Source: a virus
Lineage: Duplodnaviria > Caudoviricetes
Length of the DNA stretch: 44,570 nucleotides
Strand: one strand, 5' to 3'
Virus record (IMG/VR): IMGVR_UViG_3300028585_000035
Span: 1 to 44,570 of that record
A program made the position numbers and the translations under genes. Shown here in pieces: positions 9,363-17,601 of the stretch (position 1 is the first letter of the stretch; each line of letters opens with the position of its first letter). The notes under the pieces were generated by a model. The model did not search any database and was not told where the DNA came from. It worked only from the letters and a program-made list of their open reading frames with translations.

Positions 9363-9514
9363 CATTGCTGACGCACTTCGATTTTGACTGTGGCGAGCAT
9401 CTTCGTGAAGTCGGCTTCAGTCAGCGGCTCGTATTTCGTCCCCGGCTCTACGCCGGTTGGCAGGACTTGTGCCAAGCAGGCACCGAGGGCAATCAGCAAG
9501 AACGTGGTCAGCAT
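9362..9514 (-). CDS. 50-aa protein with hydrophobic, signal-like N-terminus
   Basis: Hand translation MLTTFLLIALGACLAQVLPTGVEPGTKYEPLTEADFTKMLATVKIEVRQQ; AAGGAG SD; ends at a terminator. Confidence 0.5.
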   Translation of the reverse strand: MLTTFLLIALGACLAQVLPTGVEPGTKYEPLTEADFTKMLATVKIEVRQQ

Positions 9515-9718
9515 TTGAATCTCCTTGGATGGATTAGTGCCAGGATAGCATTGCTAGCAAGCAAACAGTAAAGCGCTACTGTTTATCCGTCAGAGACGTT
9601 GTAAACATGCGAAACAATGAGTTTTTCGCCTGGCTGGATGGAGCCTTGCGCCGGCGCAAGGTCTTAGGCGCGGCACAACAAACGGCACCCGCAGGTGCCG
9701 TTTGTGTGTGGGCTTTGG

Positions 9719-10021
9719 TTAGCTCGCCGGTTCCCAGGGCATCTTCGGTACGATTACCTCAGGCAACGTCATTGCCCAGCGCTCGAGGAACTCCTGGTCG
9801 CTCAGCTGGCAAGATTTCGCGGCGGCTTGCAGACGGGCCTTGGCTGCAGGTGTCAGGCGTACGTTGAACTGCTGGAGCTTTGGCGGGGCCTTAGCGACGG
9901 GCACGGGGGCGGCTGGCGCTGGCTGCGCAGCTGGGGCGGCGAGTTGCGTCGCGTGGGCTTTCGCGGCCGCGCGGACGGCGTCGAGCGAAGAAGTGAGGCT
10001 TGGGGATGTCTTGGTTTTCAT
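9719..10021 (-). CDS. ParG-like ribbon-helix-helix partition partner
   Basis: Coupled to parA (stop/start overlap); flexible Ala/Pro N-terminus then QQFNVRLTPAAKARLQAAA...SDQEFLERW. Confidence 0.7.
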   Translation of the reverse strand: MKTKTSPSLTSSLDAVRAAAKAHATQLAAPAAQPAPAAPVPVAKAPPKLQQFNVRLTPAAKARLQAAAKSCQLSDQEFLERWAMTLPEVIVPKMPWEPAS

Positions 10022-10656
10022 TATTTGCTCCGGATGGCGGTGGTGAGAATTTCTACAGAGAGTGCGTCGAGTTCAGCGATGGCGTCATGGTTGGTTCGGC
10101 CCGGCATCTGACGCAGAGCCAGGCCACGCACTGGTGCTTCGCGGTAGACAGTGCGAGCCGCGAGCTGGGCACGGGCCGTTGGCCAAGTCTTGCGGATGTG
10201 ACCAGCCATCTCCGTTGCGAGATTTGTATACGACGCTTGGCTGACAACGACCAGTCGCGGGACCGAGGGCCGGCGCAGTTCGGCAGCGATGTGCATTGCA
10301 TCCGTAGCCCAGTAGTCAAGCGGGCTGCAACCGCATGGGATGACTACCAAGTCGGCTACGTCCAGTGCGGCCAGCGTTTCTGGCGCGGTCGACGACGGTG
10401 GGCAGTCGAGCAGTACGACGTCGTAGTCCTGCAGCTCAGCGAGTACGGCAGCCAGGGTTTCGGCATTGGCGGGCACTACCTTGGCAGGGAACTTACCCTC
10501 CCCAGCGGCAGACCACATGCTGGCGCTGGCCTGCGGGTCGAGGTCGACTACGGCGACCGTGTAGGTTTCGCTGGCCAAGTTGCCGGCAGTGAGCATGCAC
10601 GTCGTCGTTTTCGACGAGCCTCCTTTGTGATTCGCTACAGCGATTTTGAGTTTCAT
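10021..10656 (-). CDS. parA: ParA-family partition ATPase (short, type Ib/ParF-like)
   Basis: NHKGGSSKTT deviant Walker A, VDLDPQAS, LLDCPP; 211 aa with no N-terminal HTH. Confidence 0.92.
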   Translation of the reverse strand: MKLKIAVANHKGGSSKTTTCMLTAGNLASETYTVAVVDLDPQASASMWSAAGEGKFPAKVVPANAETLAAVLAELQDYDVVLLDCPPSSTAPETLAALDVADLVVIPCGCSPLDYWATDAMHIAAELRRPSVPRLVVVSQASYTNLATEMAGHIRKTWPTARAQLAARTVYREAPVRGLALRQMPGRTNHDAIAELDALSVEILTTAIRSK

Positions 10657-10927
10657 TGTGTGTCTCCGGGTTTATAGGTTGTCGATAGCTTTGCTATCAA
10701 TACGTATAGGCACCGCCTACACGCGACTGCATGAATGGTCGGTCGCTAGACAGGCGATTGAGCTTTGCACTCAATAACAGCGACGAAGAAGACTCCGTCA
10801 GCGCGCCGCTAATCGCATATAAAAAATATTTTCGTTCCGGCCTAAAAAACACCCGATTTTTGAAATGGCGGTGACTACACATTGGACAGGCAAGCTTTTT
10901 TGCCTGGGCTACTACGGAACCCGACCA

Positions 10928-11194
10928 ATGAAAAACAACAAAATCGCCCTGTCGCCTTACCTGCGACTGCAACTTGCAGGCTTCGACATCGAAGTTCGCA
11001 ATCACTCCACGAAGTTCAAAGTTCTGCTGAAACGCGGTGCCGAAAACATCGCTATCGCTGAGGCTCCCCGCGGCGGTGGAACTGCTGCCCAAGCGCTCGA
11101 GAAAGCCCGCCTGAATGCCTGGGGTCCCACCAGCGTTTTCTACAACGTGATGGAACGCTTTGCTGACATCGCTGAAACCCTGGCTGCTCGCTAA
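10928..11194 (+). CDS. Hypothetical protein upstream of the helicase
   Basis: 88-aa ORF co-oriented with the helicase. Confidence 0.55.
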   Translation: MKNNKIALSPYLRLQLAGFDIEVRNHSTKFKVLLKRGAENIAIAEAPRGGGTAAQALEKARLNAWGPTSVFYNVMERFADIAETLAAR

Positions 11195-11216
11195 TAACAA
11201 AAACAAAGGACGCAGA

Positions 11217-13250
11217 ATGAATATCGAAAAAATGGCTGCCGCAATCAACGCATGCAACACGCTCGAAGAACTCGAGGTGCTGATGCCGTCGGTTCGTGAC
11301 GACTTCGTGCTGCTGGCGCTGGCTGAAGAGCGCACCGGCGTGCTGCTTGAGCAAGAAGACATCTTCGCTACTGGAAGCGTTGCTGCACCGGCTAAAGCGG
11401 CTAGCATTGATAGCAGTGACGAGGAAGAGGAGTACGTGCCGTCAGCACGCAAGGTGGCGGCCGTGGCTGCTGCTGTAATGGGCACACCTGCTCCATCGGC
11501 CGATGCCGTAGCAGCGTTGGAAGCAAAGAAGGCTCTGCGTGCTGACCTGGTCGCCAAGATTGCCGCATGCAGCGATGCGGATGTGCTGACGACGATGGTC
11601 GTGCCGGAACTTGACCTCGCTACCCGTGCTGCCGACCTGAAGTCTCTGCGTGCCGATATCAAGGCCTATGTACAGAGCCGCCTGAAAGCCCTGGGCTCGG
11701 CAAAGCCAACAGCCGCTGCAATGCGCGAGATGTTTCCAGAATTGACTAAGCGCGCCATGGCAACGGTGGTCAACATGACGCACTACGGTGTTGCTCAGCG
11801 CGTCGTGGCAGGCACTGATGGCGACCTGCGGTACAACATCGACCTCGAGACATGGATGTCTTGGGACGGTCGCCGCTGGGTGACCCTGCGTCCGGCGCAA
11901 GTAGGTGCAATCGCCCGCGCCATGGCTAATCAAGTGAAGACTGAAGCGGCCATGCTGCCAGGCGTAGACCTCGACAAGCTTGACGTCGTCGACAGTGACA
12001 GCTTCCGCCGCGGCGTGATGGGTGAGATGCTGGCCGCCGACACAATGCACATCGAACAGTCTGAACTGGACGTCAACACCCGCTATCTCGCCTGCGGTAA
12101 CGGCTCGGTCGACCTCGAGAGAGGGAAGCTGGTTCACGAGCGTGACCTGTTCGTCACCGTGCGCAACAACACCGAATTCGACCCGGAGGCAAAGTGCCCG
12201 ACCTTCCTGCGAGTGCTGTTCGAAGCGTTCGAAGGCCGCGCTACTGACCTCGAGTACTACGAGCTGGTCATGGGCTATACCCTGATGGGCAATCCGACTG
12301 AGCGTGCGATGTTCTTCCACAAAGGTGAAGGCACGAACGGCAAGTCCCTGCTGCTCGGCGCAATCATGAAGGCACTTGGCGACTACGCGGCTGCTGTGGG
12401 CTACAAAGTCATCGCGGACGGCCCAGGCGTGACGGCCAACACGAGCGCTGACGGCGCCTCACCATCGCTGCGTCGCCTGATGGCCAAGCGCCTGGCGTAC
12501 ATCGACGAACTGCCTATGGGTAGCAACCTGCGCGACGCCGACGTTAAGCTGCTGGCTGGAGGCGGCGGCACTATCTCGGCACGTGGGCTGAAGGAAGGCA
12601 TCGTGGAGTTCGCAGCTACGGCAGTGTTCCACATTGCTTGCAATAATTTGCCAACAGTTCGTGGGGGCCAGAACGCGGTGTGGAAGCGCATCTACCCGGT
12701 TGCGTACACGAAGCAGTTCGTCGAGGACATCACCCTGCCGGAGAAGCTGGCGGCCGAAGCAGAAGGTATCTTGGCTTGGCTGATGCGCTGCGGGGAGAAG
12801 TACACCAAGGTCAAGGCCGAGGGCAAGAAGCTGCGCGACTTCATGCCGCAAAGCGCGCTCGACGAGCTGGCCAGGCTGCAGGAAGACCAGAACCCGTTCA
12901 CCGACTGGATTCAAGAGAACTGCGTAATCGAAGCTGACGCGTTTATGTCGGCACAGGATGGCTGGGAGAGCTTTGTTCGCCACGAGAACCGCGTCAACCT
13001 CGACGGCGCTCGCTCGATTCGCAGTACGAAGGCGTTCACGCAGCGGATGAACGCGCAAAAGGTGGGCAAGCATGTGCCGCAATACGGTCCAGGCCGCAAG
13101 TCGGGATTCCTGGGCATCCGCCTAAAAGATGTTTTCGGCACCAGCAGCGTATCTTCGGCAGTCGCGGTGGTCATCTCAGACGAGTACAAGAACCGCAAGC
13201 CCCTGGCACAGCGTCTGGCGGAAGAGGAAGCACAGCAGCCACTCTGCTGA
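11217..13250 (+). CDS. D5/P4-alpha-type SF3 replicative helicase (D5_N plus ATPase)
   Basis: WMSWDGRRW, LACGNGSVDLERG, Walker A GEGTNGKS, Walker B YIDE, motif C IACNNLP, AVWKRI; AAGGA SD before ATG 11217. Confidence 0.9.
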   Translation: MNIEKMAAAINACNTLEELEVLMPSVRDDFVLLALAEERTGVLLEQEDIFATGSVAAPAKAASIDSSDEEEEYVPSARKVAAVAAAVMGTPAPSADAVAALEAKKALRADLVAKIAACSDADVLTTMVVPELDLATRAADLKSLRADIKAYVQSRLKALGSAKPTAAAMREMFPELTKRAMATVVNMTHYGVAQRVVAGTDGDLRYNIDLETWMSWDGRRWVTLRPAQVGAIARAMANQVKTEAAMLPGVDLDKLDVVDSDSFRRGVMGEMLAADTMHIEQSELDVNTRYLACGNGSVDLERGKLVHERDLFVTVRNNTEFDPEAKCPTFLRVLFEAFEGRATDLEYYELVMGYTLMGNPTERAMFFHKGEGTNGKSLLLGAIMKALGDYAAAVGYKVIADGPGVTANTSADGASPSLRRLMAKRLAYIDELPMGSNLRDADVKLLAGGGGTISARGLKEGIVEFAATAVFHIACNNLPTVRGGQNAVWKRIYPVAYTKQFVEDITLPEKLAAEAEGILAWLMRCGEKYTKVKAEGKKLRDFMPQSALDELARLQEDQNPFTDWIQENCVIEADAFMSAQDGWESFVRHENRVNLDGARSIRSTKAFTQRMNAQKVGKHVPQYGPGRKSGFLGIRLKDVFGTSSVSSAVAVVISDEYKNRKPLAQRLAEEEAQQPLC

Positions 13251-13268
13251 ATCATGTAGGGGGAAGGG

Positions 13269-13291
13269 AGCCGCCGCGAGGCGGCTTTTTT
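13269..13291 (+). terminator. Intrinsic terminator
   Basis: AGCCGCC-GCGA-GGCGGCT followed by a T run. Confidence 0.8.
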
Positions 13292-13324
13292 CGTTGTGGA
13301 GCTGCCAGGTTCAGGTGGTGGCGA

Positions 13325-13690
13325 ATACAGAGATGTTGGCCACGATGTCTGTAGAAACCGGCCAAAAATACAGACTTTGAGCGCGCCCATCTCTGTAAGC
13401 CTGGCCAACTCTGTAGAGCAAGAACGCTCATCTCTGTATGCCGGCCAAGAAAGTTCAGCGCTCTTACAGAGTTCCACAGCCTTTCTACAGACATCTTACA
13501 GACATCTGAAATTTGTAAGTCTTTGATTTTTATAGGAAATACAGAGATTACAGAGATTACAGAGATGTTTAGGAGTATCTTCTATAGGGCACAGAATATT
13601 TATTTCAGAATTGGCTCAAGAAATATTTTATTTTTCTGTAGTGCTCACGGAGGGCCGGAAAACCTCTGTAATCTCTGTAATGTCTGTAAT
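13325..13690. other. Putative replication origin: inverted arrays of 9-bp TACAGAGAT iterons around an AT-rich core
   Basis: TACAGAGAT x3 at 13540-13566 and reverse-complement-like copies x3 at 13662-13688; more TACAGA/TCTGTA copies at 13327-13505; IHF-like site at 13516-13528; directly downstream of the helicase. Confidence 0.75.
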
Positions 13691-13871
13691 GCCATCTCCA
13701 GCTTGGAGGTTTTCACCCTAGAGCTGCGTTACTCCCCCAGCAGTACTCCCCTTCCCTCGGGCGCAACTTTCTCCGCTTGGCCGGTTTTCACCCTAAATCT
13801 GCGCTACTTCACCCTGAATCTGCGTGGCGGTGTCTATACGCCGGATACCCACCTACCACGCGAGATGACCA

Positions 13872-14168
13872 GTGCCAAACCCTCAATCTAACGAAACCCG
13901 TCTGGCTCTGATAGAAGACCGCCAAGACCGCCTCGAGCGCACAATGGAGAGCGTCGCCGAGAGTCTGAAGCTCTTGACGCGCATCGCCGTTCAAAGCGAC
14001 GCCATTGCAAAAGCTCTCGAAGATATCGACGCTCGCGTCGTAAAAATCGAAACCGGATGGCCTCTTGTTGAGCAGATGAAGGCTGGATTTCTCTGGGGCG
14101 TGAAAATCATCCTGGCTGGAGCATTTGTCGCGGTACTCACCGTTGCGGGCTTCAAAGTCTCTCCGTAA
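13872..14168 (+). CDS. Putative holin/antiholin (coiled coil plus C-terminal TM)
   Basis: Directly before the endolysin; heptad pattern then GFLWGVKIILAGAFVAVLTVAG; start codon uncertain. Confidence 0.6.
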   Translation: MPNPQSNETRLALIEDRQDRLERTMESVAESLKLLTRIAVQSDAIAKALEDIDARVVKIETGWPLVEQMKAGFLWGVKIILAGAFVAVLTVAGFKVSP

Positions 14169-14208
14169 TCGGGCATCGCTATACAGGACATCTTAATAGA
14201 GGTGCCCA

Positions 14209-15036
14209 ATGCCCAAAATCAAACTGCCCGACCCATCGCTGCCATGGCCTATTGCCATGAGGGCGGTCGCTCTCATCGCTGAAAAAGAAGGCCTGCGCCT
14301 CACGGCCTATAAATGCCCTGCTGGAAAATGGACTCTCGGCTACGGAGAGACTGACGGCATTGTCGAGGGCATGAAGTGGACTAAGAAGCAAGCCGACGAA
14401 CGCTTCTGCGATGCGCTTATCGAGTACACCGCCAAGGTCTTGGCGATGTGCAAACGCACGCCCAATCAGAACCAGCTCGGCGCCCTCGTTTCGCTCGCTT
14501 ACAACATTGGACTCGGCAGTCCTAAAGTGAAAAGCGGCCTATATCGCTCGTCCGTACTACGCTTGTTCAACGCTGGCAATGACACCGCCGCATCTCGTGC
14601 ATTCGGCAAGTTTGACAATATTACGAACCCAAAGACGAAGAAGCTCGAAGAGGCTCCTGGCCTCGTCATCCGCCGCGCAGCCGAAGCCGCCCTGTATCTC
14701 ACCCCTATCGAGGACAGCGACGCCCCACCTGAGCCAATGCCTCAAGCCGTCGCTGCGGAATCCAGCTTGGCCGCCTCCCCTATCGCCAAAGGCGGTGCTG
14801 CCGCTACTGGCGCGGGCGCCCTGACGCTGCTCTCTGCTGTCAACGAGAACGCCGGCACCGTGGCCGACACCGCCTCGACGCTTGCACCAGTCGCTGCGCA
14901 GGCTCACGCCGCTGTCCAGGGCGTCTCTGGTTTCCTGGGAGTGCCAACCCCTTACCTACTTGGCATCGCCTTGGTTGCTGCTGGTGTGGCCATCGCGGTT
15001 CACCTATACAAGCAACGGCAGGAAGGCCGGGCGTAA
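14209..15036 (+). CDS. Endolysin, GH24 lysozyme with C-terminal hydrophobic extension
   Basis: KEGLRLTAYKCPAGKWTLGYGET, NQLGALVSLAYNIG, GLVIRRAAEAALY. Confidence 0.92.
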   Translation: MPKIKLPDPSLPWPIAMRAVALIAEKEGLRLTAYKCPAGKWTLGYGETDGIVEGMKWTKKQADERFCDALIEYTAKVLAMCKRTPNQNQLGALVSLAYNIGLGSPKVKSGLYRSSVLRLFNAGNDTAASRAFGKFDNITNPKTKKLEEAPGLVIRRAAEAALYLTPIEDSDAPPEPMPQAVAAESSLAASPIAKGGAAATGAGALTLLSAVNENAGTVADTASTLAPVAAQAHAAVQGVSGFLGVPTPYLLGIALVAAGVAIAVHLYKQRQEGRA

Positions 15037-15560
15037 TGCTCACCACGTCCATTGCCATCGCCTCTCGAGTGCTGGATGGTCTGCTTGGGCTCCTCGGGCG
15101 CATCCCTGCCGTCGGCTGGCTGTTGCTGGCGCTGACTGCCTGGGGTTGGTGGGGCCATCACCAGGCCGAGGCTGTACGGAGTGAGAAAGCAGCAGCCGTC
15201 CTGGCTGCTAGCAAGGCTGCTATCACGGCTAGCGAGTCGGCGCGTAAGCGCGAACAGCAGCTGTCTACCACCGTATTGGAGATATCCGATGAACTACAGA
15301 AAGCTCAGTCGCTTCGCGATGCTACCTCTCGTGACGCTGCTCGCCGGCTGCGCCAGTTGGCCGATGCAGAGCGCGCCCGTGCTGTCCGCTCAACTGCCCT
15401 CGCCGCCTGCCGCAGTTATGAAGGCCCCGCCGTCGCAGTCCTTCACGACTCGACTCGAGACGCTCTTGTCGACCTCGCCCAGGATGCGGACGAAGTGACT
15501 GCGCAGCTGCGTGGAGCCCAAGCGTATATCCGGGACGTCTGCCTCGCACCTGGTCGCTAG
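15036..15560 (+). CDS. Inner-membrane spanin (Rz-like)
   Basis: N-terminal TM plus Ala-rich coiled coil, after the endolysin. Confidence 0.75.
   Translation: MLTTSIAIASRVLDGLLGLLGRIPAVGWLLLALTAWGWWGHHQAEAVRSEKAAAVLAASKAAITASESARKREQQLSTTVLEISDELQKAQSLRDATSRDAARRLRQLADAERARAVRSTALAACRSYEGPAVAVLHDSTRDALVDLAQDADEVTAQLRGAQAYIRDVCLAPGR
15289..15498 (+). CDS. Outer-membrane lipoprotein spanin (Rz1-like), embedded in Rz in the +1 frame
   Basis: GGAG SD, MNYRKLSRFAMLPLVTLLAGC lipobox, Pro-rich mature part. Confidence 0.8.
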   Translation: MNYRKLSRFAMLPLVTLLAGCASWPMQSAPVLSAQLPSPPAAVMKAPPSQSFTTRLETLLSTSPRMRTK

Positions 15561-15589
15561 ACCTTAGAACACTCTAATTGGAGGCCGCA

Positions 15590-16174
15590 ATGGCGGACGA
15601 AATCAAAAACAAACCCCTTACACCGCCTCGCTGCGGAGCAGCGAAGAAGCGTGGCGGTGGCATCTGCCAAGCTCCTGCGATGAAGAACGGCCGTTGCCGC
15701 AGCCATGGCGGTGCATCTACTGGCGCGCCCGGCAATAAGAACGGCTACAAGCACGGCTTCTATTACAACGCGCTTTCTCTCGAGGAGCAGGCACAGTGGC
15801 CTGAGGCGATGGCCATGGGCTCAGGCCACACGGCGCTCGAGCATGACTTAGCGCTTATGCGTATCAAGTTGCAGCGCTTGCTGCGCGCAGCGAACGACCC
15901 CGACGTAGCGGCACGAATCGAGCAGGAGGTCGAGGTCATCATCAAAGCTGGCGTTGCACCGCGCGGCGACGCGCTGTCCGGCTACGATAAGCGCGAGCTG
16001 AAGACATCTCTCCCTCGCATCGGCTCACTCATCGTCGAGGCGGTGGAGACCATTCGTAAACTCTCGCTCTCAATCTCGCAGTTGAAGAAAGACGAAAAAG
16101 AACTTCTGGCAGACCAGCAAGACAACGATACCGACATCAATGTCACGATTAGCGTCGTCGGTAGCGCTAGCTAA
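15590..16174 (+). CDS. Probable terminase small subunit with HGGxSTG domain
   Basis: RCGAAKKRGGGICQAPAMKNGRCRSHGGASTGAPGNKNGYKHGFY; GGAGG SD; upstream of TerL. Confidence 0.75.
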   Translation: MADEIKNKPLTPPRCGAAKKRGGGICQAPAMKNGRCRSHGGASTGAPGNKNGYKHGFYYNALSLEEQAQWPEAMAMGSGHTALEHDLALMRIKLQRLLRAANDPDVAARIEQEVEVIIKAGVAPRGDALSGYDKRELKTSLPRIGSLIVEAVETIRKLSLSISQLKKDEKELLADQQDNDTDINVTISVVGSAS

Positions 16175-16191
16175 GCGTCAACTGCTTAGCA

Positions 16192-16213
16192 AGGCCCGCT
16201 TCGGCGGGCTTTT
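16192..16213 (+). terminator. Intrinsic terminator
   Basis: GCCCGC-TTCG-GCGGGC-TTTT. Confidence 0.8.
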
Positions 16214-16398
16214 CTATGTCGCGGGCTGATGCGTAGGGTCTCTCGCTCCTGAAAATTGCTAACGCGACCTCATAGGCTAGCAAATATTGTCTTTTAGAAA
16301 GTTATTGCACAAACGCAACTATGCTCATATTTTAGGCAGATGGGAACTTTGCCTGATTTTTGAGCATTCTAAATAGTTAACACACTTTGCCCTCAATT

Positions 16399-16421
16399 GG
16401 CCCGCCTCGGCGGGCTTTTTT
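16399..16421 (+). terminator. Second, near-identical intrinsic terminator
   Basis: GCCCGC-CTCG-GCGGGC-TTTTTT. Confidence 0.75.
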
Positions 16422-16517
16422 GTTGAAGTTGCATGTTTACAACGCGGTTTGGAGAGTTAGTGCCTATACGAATAAACGGCAAGACGTTCGTTTAATATTT
16501 ACTCAACGGAGAAAACA

Positions 16518-17201
16518 ATGACTGAAAGCAAATACATTTCGTATGTCCGCGCATCGACTCAACAGCAAGGCCGCTCTGGCCTCGGCATGGAGGCTCAACA
16601 GGCTGCGGTCATCGCCTACCTCCAGGGCGCACCGCTGGTAGCCGAATTCGTCGAGGTCGAGACGGGCAAGGGAGCCGACGCGCTGGAAAGGCGCCCGCAG
16701 CTGCGCGCCGCGCTAGCATTGTGCAAAAAGACCGGCGCCACGCTGGTCATCGCAAAGCTCGACCGCCTTGCTCGCAACGTGCATTTCATCTCCGGCCTCA
16801 TCGAGACGGGCGTCGACTTCGTGTGTGCTGACATGCCCCAGGCGAACAAAGTGATGCTCCAGATGTACAGCGTGATGAGCGAGTGGGAGCGTGACCAAAT
16901 TAGCGCCCGCACGAAAGCCGCATTGGCAGCAGCTAAAGCACGTGGCGTTCAACTCGGGGTGAAGGGCGCCGACAACCTGCGACCTAACGTAGAGGCCCGG
17001 CAGCAGGCAGCGGACGACTATGCAATCAAGATGGCTCCTGTCGTCAAGGGACTGCAGGCGCAGGGTATGAGCCAGCGTGCGATGGCTACTGCGCTGACCG
17101 ACCTGGGTGTGAAGACGCCTTCGGGCAAGACTGCCTGGGCACAGCGTCAGGTGGCGCTGCTGCTAGCTCGGATAGCAGAGACCACCGCCGCTCCTCTGTA
17201 A
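16518..17201 (+). CDS. Small serine recombinase (resolvase/invertase family)
   Basis: YVRAST catalytic motif, RPQL, AKLDRLARN, ERDQISARTKAAL, C-terminal HTH-like region. Confidence 0.93.
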   Translation: MTESKYISYVRASTQQQGRSGLGMEAQQAAVIAYLQGAPLVAEFVEVETGKGADALERRPQLRAALALCKKTGATLVIAKLDRLARNVHFISGLIETGVDFVCADMPQANKVMLQMYSVMSEWERDQISARTKAALAAAKARGVQLGVKGADNLRPNVEARQQAADDYAIKMAPVVKGLQAQGMSQRAMATALTDLGVKTPSGKTAWAQRQVALLLARIAETTAAPL

Positions 17202-17221
17202 ACAAAACAATGAACACAATG

Positions 17222-17243
17222 AGCCCTGCCCAGCAGGGCTTTT
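17222..17243 (+). terminator. Intrinsic terminator
   Basis: AGCCCTGC-CCA-GCAGGGCT-TTT. Confidence 0.75.
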
Positions 17244-17601
17244 CTTAGTCTTGATTCCAGCTCATTGCGCACAGTGGACATAAGACAGTGGTCGACGGTG
17301 CTGGTAAAGGCCTGCGCAGGCCCCGTTTACTATGCTTTTCGACGTGCTCCAGAGAGGCCTCTCAAAAAGGCCCTAATTTGGTCCCAAAAGGGGCTGCTTT
17401 TGAAAGGAAATAGGCCTGAAACAGCATGTTTTGAGGGCCCAGGGGGCCTATCCCTACCCCCCACCCCCTCTTGGCAGGCGCGCCCACGCGGGCTTGCCCC
17501 ACCCCAGAGGCGAAAACAAATCAAATTGATAAACGCGCCTCGTGCATGAGCGTGTAAAGCCAGTGCCTATACGAGTTACTTACAACTCGACTGGATACCG
17601 A

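Noticed and set aside
10697-12320. Long antisense ORFs (321 aa and 292 aa; similarly 29238-30215)
   Set aside because: Shadow frames of real genes in GC-rich DNA, with no motifs
13523-13891. 122-aa ORF with TEITEITE and CNLCNVCN repeats
   Set aside because: A translation of the origin iterons rather than a credible gene
16518-17201. Gin/Cin-type tail-fibre invertase system
   Set aside because: The recombinase is over 21 kb from the fibre genes; no inverted alternative fibre cassette or flanking inverted sites seen
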